A DNA stretch of 64,000 nucleotides from Spirochaetales bacterium (lineage in GTDB: Bacteria; Spirochaetota; Spirochaetia; SZUA-6): positions 2,804 to 66,803 of the forward strand of contig JALUUM010000008.1 of the NCBI GenBank assembly GCA_027021365.1. The letters are read 5' to 3'. Below the pieces are notes generated by a model. It made no database searches. It was not told the DNA's origin and saw nothing but the letters and a program-made list of their open reading frames with translations. Positions 30,718 through 38,424 of the stretch are shown here, one piece after another. Every line of letters starts with the position of its first letter. The stretch's first letter is position 1. The translations under genes were made by a program, and so were the position numbers.

Positions 30718-31737
30718 ATGGTCAAAGTAGCTATTGTTGGTTTAGGGTTTATGGGAAAAATGCATCTGGGAATTTATCTTAATAAACTTCAGGATGTCAA
30801 AGTTACTGCAATATGTGATGAAAATATAAATTCTCTAAATATTAAGAACCTTGCCTCAAAAGGAAATATTAAAATAAGTGAAGGAGTTGTCGATCTTTCG
30901 GGAATAGAAAAATATAAAAATTACGAGTTGATGCTTAAAAATGGTGGGTTTGATTTCGTAGATATATGTCTCCCGACATTTCTTCACAAGAATGCGATAA
31001 TCAAGGCACTAGAGGCAAATTATCATGTATTCTGTGAAAAACCTCTTGCACTTACACTCGAAGAGGGAAATAAGATAATGGAAAAAGTAAAAGAAACAGG
31101 AAAGCTTTTTGCAGTAGGACAGTGTTTAAGATATTGGCCGGCTTATTCTGCAATAAAAAAACTTATAGATAAAGGAAAATATGGAAAAGTCAGTTATGCT
31201 GAATTCGCAAGGTTTTCAGCTACCCCAGAATGGGCTTGGAAAAGCTGGCTTTTGGACAATAATAAATCTGGCAATGCGGCCCTAGATCTTCACATACATG
31301 ATGTGGATATGGTTCTCTATCTCTTTGGCAGACCAAAAAGTGTAAGATCAGCAGGAGTTTTCTGGCAAAATGAGAGTATTGCACATATAACAACAATATA
31401 CAGATACAATGATAAATTAGTAAGTTCCACAGGGGGCTGGATATGTACTAAAAGTTATGGATTCAATATGAGAGCATTTTACATATTAAAAGAAGCTACT
31501 ATAGAACTAGATTTCTCAAAAAGTCCCATTGTCAATATATTTCCCAATAAAGGCAAACCATATGCTTTGACTCTTGCGGAAGATGATGGATACTACTATG
31601 AACTTAAAGATTTTGTTAAGAGCATAGCAAAAGGAAGACTATCCGGAATTGTAAACGTGGAAACTGCATTTGAATCCCTTGAGGTTTGTCTATCTGAAAT
31701 AGATTCTGCAAAAACGAAAAAAGAAATATTTTTATAA
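30718..31737 (+). CDS. Gfo/Idh/MocA family sugar dehydrogenase
   Basis: GLGFMG, CLPTFLH, CEKP, DLHIHD. Confidence 0.92.
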   Translation: MVKVAIVGLGFMGKMHLGIYLNKLQDVKVTAICDENINSLNIKNLASKGNIKISEGVVDLSGIEKYKNYELMLKNGGFDFVDICLPTFLHKNAIIKALEANYHVFCEKPLALTLEEGNKIMEKVKETGKLFAVGQCLRYWPAYSAIKKLIDKGKYGKVSYAEFARFSATPEWAWKSWLLDNNKSGNAALDLHIHDVDMVLYLFGRPKSVRSAGVFWQNESIAHITTIYRYNDKLVSSTGGWICTKSYGFNMRAFYILKEATIELDFSKSPIVNIFPNKGKPYALTLAEDDGYYYELKDFVKSIAKGRLSGIVNVETAFESLEVCLSEIDSAKTKKEIFL

Positions 31738-31952
31738 GTTAAGTATTTACAACTTTAAAATTCTTTTTATAGAATTCCGGAATATCTGTAACGGTATAAA
31801 AGCAACATGGCTTTGAGAATAAAATTGTGATAAATTTTTATCAATAATTTGTAATATAAAAAGCAATTAAAATAATTGTATTTTCCCCCATTCTGTGGTA
31901 ATATCTAATAATAAAACACTAATATTCAATAAAAGTTATCCAAAGGGAAGAA

Positions 31953-33824
31953 ATGTCCATCCTGTTTTTCATTTCATTGGCAATCACTGACTCTCTGTTA
32001 ATCTATCTCAACTTTAACTCAAATACAATTCTATTAGTCTCTGCAATAATTGTAACTAATGTTTCGTATCTTGCAGGAATCTTACTGTATCGTAAGTTGT
32101 CAAAAAAAGCCAACTCACTCGATGATGAACTAAGAACAACGAGAGAAGAATTATCGAAGACTCTCAAAGAAATATATGAATATACCCAAACGTTGGAAGA
32201 GAACAATAGGAAGATAGACGAACTCGAAGCTGGAAATATCAGTGATCAGGAGCAGATAAACGAGATTCTTTCCGAACTTTCTCTTTATACAAATCAACTT
32301 GAAAGTATAGTAAATACCATAGATTCGGGAATATGTACCATCGATAAGAACTACATCATACAGGCTGATTTCAACAGAAGCTTTAAAAAGATATTCGGTG
32401 AGAGGGAATACTGGGAATCCTCGATTTTCGATACTATCTTCTATAACCTCGATCCGGAGAAAAAAAGGGAGTTAAGAGAATTCCTGGAAATTTCTTTTTC
32501 TAACTCTGCAACTTCCGACAGTATGATTAATGCAGCAAACCCAGTTTCTGAGTTCATCTACATATACAATGAAAAAGGCAAAGTAGAAGAAAAACACATA
32601 TCCATGAAGGTCTCAAGAATATTCAACGAAAAAAAACAAGTAGAAAAACTGATGTTCATCTTTACAGATGTGACACTTCAGAAACTAATGGAAGAAAATA
32701 TTAGAGTAAAAGAGAGAAAATATCAAAACGAATTAGAACTCCTTACCAACATATTTCAATATGAAAAAGAGTTCATCGTATCATTTGTCAATGACCTGAA
32801 TGAACGTCTGCATTTGATTAAGGATAAGATAGATTCTCTGAAAGTTGATGAAATAAACGAAGAAACACTCAAAGAAATTCAGCGTGCAATACATTCAATA
32901 AAAGGAGAAGCCTTTTCACTCGGTTTCAAACAGCTGGCTGAAACATCTGCTGAAATGGAAGAATACATAAAAACCAATTTCAAGAAACCGATCTCCACAG
33001 AGCAAAACCTGGTAATATTAACACATTACACGAAAATAAAAGAAAAAGCCGACCAACTGAATGAAGTAGCCAGAAAAATATTCAGCTACAGTAAAGGTGA
33101 AAAATTAGAAAGCAACAAGCTGTATATTTACCGGGACACCTACAATGAGTTCAAATCCGATTTCAAAAATATAATAAGGTTGAGTGAAGGTGGGAAATTG
33201 GATAGAAAAATCCTGGAGGATTATTACAAGAAAATATTGAAGCTCGACTGGGTTAGTCTGGAGAAACTGAAAGAGGAATTGAAAATTGTAACAGAAAAGA
33301 CCGCAACCACTTACGGGAAGGATGTTGAATTCAATTTCATATATGATTTTGACGGGCTTCCTATAACAACATATAAACTGTTAAAAGAAGTTTTTTTACA
33401 CCTAATAAGGAACAGTATTTCACATGGCATAGAAGAGCCGGAAGAACGGGTTGAGAAAGGAAAATCTCGTACCGGAAAGATTAATATACACCTCTACGAA
33501 GAAGACAATGCCTTTATAGCAAGATACTCTGATGATGGGAAAGGCCTCGATACAGACAATATATTAAAACAAGCCATAAAGAAAGGTCTTATATCAGAAG
33601 ATGAAGCCAGGAAAATGGATGAAAAATCGGTAATGAACCTGATATTTGCAGACGGATTTTCAGTTAAGGAAAACAGCGATATGGTTTCGGGAACGGGAGT
33701 GGGAATGTCCATTGTAAAAAACAACGTATTGTATCTTCTTCATGGAAAACTTACATTGAAAAACACCCCATCTCGCGGTGTATCATTTACAATAAAATTT
33801 CCAAAAGGAGAACAGAATGAGTGA
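31953..33824 (+). CDS. Membrane-anchored PAS-HPt-HATPase histidine kinase (CheA-like, no CheW domain)
   Basis: Two N-terminal TM segments, coiled coil, PAS-like region, HPt RAIHSIKG, CheA-type HLIRNSISHGIE, DDGKG, GFS..SGTGVGM; protein ends after the HATPase. Confidence 0.85.
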   Translation: MSILFFISLAITDSLLIYLNFNSNTILLVSAIIVTNVSYLAGILLYRKLSKKANSLDDELRTTREELSKTLKEIYEYTQTLEENNRKIDELEAGNISDQEQINEILSELSLYTNQLESIVNTIDSGICTIDKNYIIQADFNRSFKKIFGEREYWESSIFDTIFYNLDPEKKRELREFLEISFSNSATSDSMINAANPVSEFIYIYNEKGKVEEKHISMKVSRIFNEKKQVEKLMFIFTDVTLQKLMEENIRVKERKYQNELELLTNIFQYEKEFIVSFVNDLNERLHLIKDKIDSLKVDEINEETLKEIQRAIHSIKGEAFSLGFKQLAETSAEMEEYIKTNFKKPISTEQNLVILTHYTKIKEKADQLNEVARKIFSYSKGEKLESNKLYIYRDTYNEFKSDFKNIIRLSEGGKLDRKILEDYYKKILKLDWVSLEKLKEELKIVTEKTATTYGKDVEFNFIYDFDGLPITTYKLLKEVFLHLIRNSISHGIEEPEERVEKGKSRTGKINIHLYEEDNAFIARYSDDGKGLDTDNILKQAIKKGLISEDEARKMDEKSVMNLIFADGFSVKENSDMVSGTGVGMSIVKNNVLYLLHGKLTLKNTPSRGVSFTIKFPKGEQNE

Positions 33825-34539
33825 GAAATATAAAAAGCCGGAAAAATTAGCGGAAGGTAATTACTGGGTTGGATATACTAACACAGACTCCGCCTTTCGT
33901 ACCAATGCTTACATAATTCAATCCGGAGATGAAATCGCTCTTATAGATGCAGGTTCAGCTTGGTTTTTCAAGAACATGTCAGCTCAAATTGAAACCATAG
34001 TAGATGTAAACAAGATAAAGTATTTTATTCAGCACCATCAGGACCCGGATCTCTGTTCAAGCCTCCCTTTCTGGGAAAAGAAAATTGGTCCAAGAAAAAT
34101 TCTTGCTCATTCCAAGGCTAATATTCTTATCTACCATTACGGAGTCAAATCCGAATTGGTTAACGTGGATTTTATTAATTGGGAACTACAGATGCCGGAC
34201 AGACTAATTAAGTTCATATTCATGCCTTATATGCATTCCCCCGGAGAAATAATGACCTATGATACAAAGACAAAGGTCTTATTCAGCGGAGACATTTTTG
34301 GAGGGCTTTCATTCGACTGGCATCTTTATGCAAATGAAGACTATTTTGAGGCCATGGACGCTTTTATGGAACATTATATGCCCTCGAAAGAGATAGTAAA
34401 TATTAATATGAAAAAAATCGAAAACCTTGAAATATCTATGATATGTCCCCAGCACGGCTCAATAATACCGGGTGACAGGGTAAAAGATGCTATTGAAAAT
34501 ATGAAGAATCTCGAGTGCGGCAGCTATCTTTATGAGTAA
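33817..34539 (+). CDS. ODP-like oxygen-binding di-iron metallo-beta-lactamase-fold protein
   Basis: QHHQDPDLC, YMHSPG, LFSGDIFG, HYMPS, ICPQHG; standalone 240 aa with no flavodoxin domain. Confidence 0.82.
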   Translation: MSEKYKKPEKLAEGNYWVGYTNTDSAFRTNAYIIQSGDEIALIDAGSAWFFKNMSAQIETIVDVNKIKYFIQHHQDPDLCSSLPFWEKKIGPRKILAHSKANILIYHYGVKSELVNVDFINWELQMPDRLIKFIFMPYMHSPGEIMTYDTKTKVLFSGDIFGGLSFDWHLYANEDYFEAMDAFMEHYMPSKEIVNINMKKIENLEISMICPQHGSIIPGDRVKDAIENMKNLECGSYLYE

Positions 34540-34556
34540 GAAAAAGGAGATTTAGT

Positions 34557-34832
34557 ATGAATGTGTATAAAAACATGATGGATGTTATTGTAAGAAGAGA
34601 GTTTGCTCTGCTCGGCAGATATCAGACCAGGGAAATATTTAAAAACGCCGGTATTAATATAGACGAAAAAGGCAATATAAGAAATCCGGATGATATTGAA
34701 CCGGAAGATATAGATAAAATATTAAATGAATTAAAAAAGCAAATAGGTTTTATTAGCATCCTTGTAGTTAAGCTCCCTTTGCGGAGATTGGCCATACAGA
34801 ACAATGTTAAGCTACCGAAAACAATTTTGTAA
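34557..34832 (+). CDS. Small helical hypothetical protein in the signalling operon
   Basis: AAGGAG RBS, 91 aa, co-oriented with tight spacing. Confidence 0.7.
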   Translation: MNVYKNMMDVIVRREFALLGRYQTREIFKNAGINIDEKGNIRNPDDIEPEDIDKILNELKKQIGFISILVVKLPLRRLAIQNNVKLPKTIL

Positions 34833-34847
34833 TAACAGGTAATCAAA

Positions 34848-35219
34848 ATGAAAATACTGGTAGTCGATGATTCCAGAATAATGCGAAATGTCCTGAAAAA
34901 TATTTTAAAAGAGAAGCAGATAGATGAAAATGCAATACTCGAAGCCGGCAACGGGGTCGAGGCTCTGGAGATGCTTAAAAACAATGAGGTTGATCTCATA
35001 CTTCTTGACTGGAATATGCCTAAATTAAATGGAATAGAACTAGTCAAAATAGTGAGGAACCATGAGAGACTTAAAGAGATTCCCATAATTATGGTAACTT
35101 CTGAAGCAGCCAGATACAATGTAATGGAGGCAATAAAAGCAGGAGTTACCGATTACATCATAAAGCCTATTAGAGGGGAAATAGTACATAAAAAACTCGA
35201 AGAATTACTGGGACAATAG
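34848..35219 (+). CDS. CheY-like single-domain response regulator
   Basis: LVVDDS, LDWNMP (phospho-Asp), MVTSE, YIIKP. Confidence 0.92.
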   Translation: MKILVVDDSRIMRNVLKNILKEKQIDENAILEAGNGVEALEMLKNNEVDLILLDWNMPKLNGIELVKIVRNHERLKEIPIIMVTSEAARYNVMEAIKAGVTDYIIKPIRGEIVHKKLEELLGQ

Positions 35220-35230
35220 AAGGACAGCCA

Positions 35231-35698
35231 ATGAATGTAAAATACATAAATCCTTTTATAAGTGCAACAATTAATACTTTCAAAGGTTTTTTGGGTGCCG
35301 ATTTGAAAACAGAGAAACCATCTCTTTTCGATAGCAATAAAAGTGAAATCAGATACGACATATCAGGTATAATCGGGCTAGCCGGGGAAGTCAGAGGAGC
35401 CGTCGTTATCAGCTTTCCAAAGCTTGTTGCCCTGAAAATCGTATCGGATTTTTTAAAAGAAGATATCAAGATATTCGGTGAAGACGTGATTGATACTGTT
35501 GGCGAATTGGTAAACATTATAGCCGGAAATGCCAAGAGAGATATGGAAGAATTCAGAATCGTCATTTCGCTTCCTTCGGTAGTCAAAGGCCCAAACCACC
35601 AGATAAGTTGGATGCAGGGTGTTCCGGTAATTCTTATACCTTTTAAAAGCAATTATGGACCGGTGTATCTCTTTGTGAGTTTGAAAGATATAATTTAG
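35231..35698 (+). CDS. cheX: CheX phosphatase
   Basis: YINPFI, ISGIIGLAG, GELVNIIAGNA, ISLPSVV. Confidence 0.9.
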   Translation: MNVKYINPFISATINTFKGFLGADLKTEKPSLFDSNKSEIRYDISGIIGLAGEVRGAVVISFPKLVALKIVSDFLKEDIKIFGEDVIDTVGELVNIIAGNAKRDMEEFRIVISLPSVVKGPNHQISWMQGVPVILIPFKSNYGPVYLFVSLKDII

Positions 35699-35744
35699 GA
35701 CAATATAGATGGGTCAATGAATCAACATTTGCTACAACCATCAA

Positions 35745-36326
35745 TTGAATTCAAAACATACTGAGCGGGACTATCGGAAGTTGAGTATCGGTAAGAATGT
35801 ATACAAACAAAAAATAGTGATGCTTGGCGATTTTGCAGTAGGTAAAACCAGCCTTGTAAACAGGTATGTTTACAATATCTTCAGTGAAAAGTATATAGCC
35901 ACTTTGGGAGTCAGAGTTTCGAAAAAAGACGTTACATTGACTTTAAACAATAAAACAATAAATGTAACCATTCTGCTTTGGGATATAAACAGTGAAGACA
36001 GGTTCCAGCGTGTCCTGCCCCAGTACATCATGGGGGCAAATGGCGCTGTTATTGTAGCCGATGTGACAAGACCTGAAACGATAGAGAATCTGAAACATCA
36101 CATTGAATATTTCCGTACATATGCCGGAGGTAAGGGGATCGTATTGAGCCTGAACAAGACAGACTTGATTAATTATGATCAATTTGGATTCCTTAAACAA
36201 AAAATGGAAAGAGATGCGATTTTTTCAAAAATGCAAACTTTTTTTACAAGTGCCAAAGAGAATCAAAACATAGAAGATCTTTTTATCAACCTTGCCCGCT
36301 TATCGATTGTTTCTAAGGAAGGGTGA
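35745..36326 (+). CDS. Rab/Ras-like small GTPase
   Basis: G1 GDFAVGKTS, G2 T, G3 WDINS (atypical), G4 NKTD, G5 TSAK. Confidence 0.88.
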   Translation: MNSKHTERDYRKLSIGKNVYKQKIVMLGDFAVGKTSLVNRYVYNIFSEKYIATLGVRVSKKDVTLTLNNKTINVTILLWDINSEDRFQRVLPQYIMGANGAVIVADVTRPETIENLKHHIEYFRTYAGGKGIVLSLNKTDLINYDQFGFLKQKMERDAIFSKMQTFFTSAKENQNIEDLFINLARLSIVSKEG

Positions 36327-36330
36327 ATCG

Positions 36331-37434
36331 ATGTCTGATATTGTTTACAATGCAATAAGAAAGAGAGTTAAAGTTTTTTTTGAATTCATAGATTCTGAGT
36401 TAATGATTCATCCAACGCAGAATGATTTCTGGGAATATCTTAATATTCGAATACCAGAAAATCCGGTTCCGTTAACAGACATAATTTTCGAATTGGTTGG
36501 AAAAGAAATAGAAATAACCCTGTTACTGAAGGGAGAAAAAAAATCTATAAACATACCGGCAATACAGAGGGAAACAGAAAAAGATAGGAATACTTATTTT
36601 GATCTTGAATTAATCACATGTGACAGGAGTGACTATCCGTTAATCGTTATAATAGAAGACAGGACTCGTATTTTTTCCTACCAACAAAAGCTGGTCCAGA
36701 GTCGCAATGAGACCAAACTTTTACAAAAACAATTAGCAGAAAAAAACAAGGCACTGGAAAAGCTAAATACAATAATTCAGAGACAGAACCTCGACCTTGA
36801 AAAACGGGTGAGAGAACGCACACAGGAACTCCAGAGTGCACGAATAGAGATAATAAGGCGCCTTGCTCAGGCGGCTGAATATCGGGATCCGGAAACAGGA
36901 AGTCACATTGTAAGAATGAGTAAAACATGTGTACTCCTTGCACGGGAAATAGGCCTCAGTGAAAAAGATTGTGACCTGATTTATCACGGTGGTTCGATGC
37001 ATGATCTGGGGAAAATTGCAATTCCCGATGCAATTCTATTGAAACCCGGACCTCTTTCTTCGAAAGAGTGGCAAATAATGAAACAACATACTATCAGAGG
37101 AGCTCGATTACTTTCCGATAATGATACGGATCTAATGATAACCGGCAGAATAATAGCCAGGTCTCACCATGAAAGATGGGATGGCAATGGATATCCGGAT
37201 GGAATATCCGGGGAAAACATACATATTTTTGCGAGAATATGTGCTCTTGCCGATGTTTTTGACGCCCTTGTGTCTGACAGGCCGTATAAGAAAGCCTGGC
37301 CATTTGAAAGAGCAATCTCTACAATCGAAGAAGGAAGCGGGACACAGTTTGATCCTGAAATCGTTAAAGCCTTCCTCGATATATCAGACAAGGCCATTAA
37401 ACTTCAGCAAGATTTTAAAGATAAATCAACTTAA
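36331..37434 (+). CDS. HD-GYP cyclic-di-GMP phosphodiesterase with an N-terminal PAS-like domain and coiled coil
   Basis: AEYRDPETGSH, MHDLGKI, HHERWDGNGYP, DVFDALVSDRPYK; ATG at 36331. Confidence 0.9.
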   Translation: MSDIVYNAIRKRVKVFFEFIDSELMIHPTQNDFWEYLNIRIPENPVPLTDIIFELVGKEIEITLLLKGEKKSINIPAIQRETEKDRNTYFDLELITCDRSDYPLIVIIEDRTRIFSYQQKLVQSRNETKLLQKQLAEKNKALEKLNTIIQRQNLDLEKRVRERTQELQSARIEIIRRLAQAAEYRDPETGSHIVRMSKTCVLLAREIGLSEKDCDLIYHGGSMHDLGKIAIPDAILLKPGPLSSKEWQIMKQHTIRGARLLSDNDTDLMITGRIIARSHHERWDGNGYPDGISGENIHIFARICALADVFDALVSDRPYKKAWPFERAISTIEEGSGTQFDPEIVKAFLDISDKAIKLQQDFKDKST

Positions 37435-37436
37435 AA

Positions 37437-38390
37437 ATGATGAGGACTTTATCATTCAAAGATAAAAAAACCATGCTCTCAATTCTTTCTCAACATCAAT
37501 TTCTTTTTGGTTTAGGAGCAATTACATACGACAGTAACACCAGAGAGCAAACAAGTGATTTACTAAGAGCAGTTGAAAATTCACAACTAAATTCCGGAAA
37601 TATATATTCTATAGTTTCCATAATCCGGCAGCATAGTCTAATATTCGGAGAAGGCCTTATTTCTTCGGATCAAAATGTAATATCGGAAGACAAAAAATTG
37701 ATTCAAAAATTATACAAGTTACTTCACAGCGAGGAGAAATATATTCCAACAATTATTCCCAGAGTTAACTACTTGAATTACAAAAGAAATCTTTCTAAAG
37801 AGATAGAAAAAAGAAAATTGATAAAAGAAAAACCAGATCCCGGAGGCTATCCTCTTTTCGGGAAAAAACGTATCGCCCTTAGAAAAATCAGCAAAGGATA
37901 CTTGATTCTTTTTAACCTTCCCAAAAACTACGAAAAACCCTCTATGATTTTTGTTCATATAATTTCAATCAAGCATAGCGAGAGCATTCATTATGAAAAT
38001 GAAAAAGTTGTCATTCTCACCAAGAACTATATTCATACTATCCTAATTTCAAATAAAGATATAAACGAAGAGTGTAAATACAAAAAAATATCTAGAACTG
38101 CATTCAATGTTCCTTTAAGCTCTAACAACCTTCTTGCTATAAGTACAAAAACCAATTTTAATATCTGCATTTCAGGCACGCCACACGATCCTGCTGCAAA
38201 TATACGATTGAAAAGCAATCCCTCTAACAATGAATATTCATACTTCTTTCCTGCTTCAAACAGCTCATTCCCCAAGATTGATCCTTTCTTAACCAATCTT
38301 ATAAAATATATTACAAAGATTTCTCAAAGAGAAGCTGACAATATCTCATATTTTATAACAAGAAAAATATTCCGGGAAAATCAGCTGTAA
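37437..38390 (+). CDS. Hypothetical protein
   Basis: 317-aa ORF starting 2 nt after the HD-GYP stop; no recognised motif. Confidence 0.6.
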   Translation: MMRTLSFKDKKTMLSILSQHQFLFGLGAITYDSNTREQTSDLLRAVENSQLNSGNIYSIVSIIRQHSLIFGEGLISSDQNVISEDKKLIQKLYKLLHSEEKYIPTIIPRVNYLNYKRNLSKEIEKRKLIKEKPDPGGYPLFGKKRIALRKISKGYLILFNLPKNYEKPSMIFVHIISIKHSESIHYENEKVVILTKNYIHTILISNKDINEECKYKKISRTAFNVPLSSNNLLAISTKTNFNICISGTPHDPAANIRLKSNPSNNEYSYFFPASNSSFPKIDPFLTNLIKYITKISQREADNISYFITRKIFRENQL

Positions 38391-38424
38391 ATTGATAGAA
38401 CTTACACAATCTTGATTAATAAAC

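Noticed and set aside
17686-31737. Aminoglycoside biosynthetic cluster
   Set aside because: No DOI synthase, glycosyltransferase or resistance gene; importer, hydrolases and ROK repressor point to uptake and catabolism.
33817-34539. FprA flavodiiron protein or beta-lactamase
   Set aside because: No flavodoxin domain; the HQDPD motif and signalling context fit ODP.
31953-35698. Canonical chemotaxis operon (cheA-cheY-cheX)
   Set aside because: The kinase lacks a CheW-like domain and no MCP, CheW, CheR or CheB is present, so the symbol cheA was not given.
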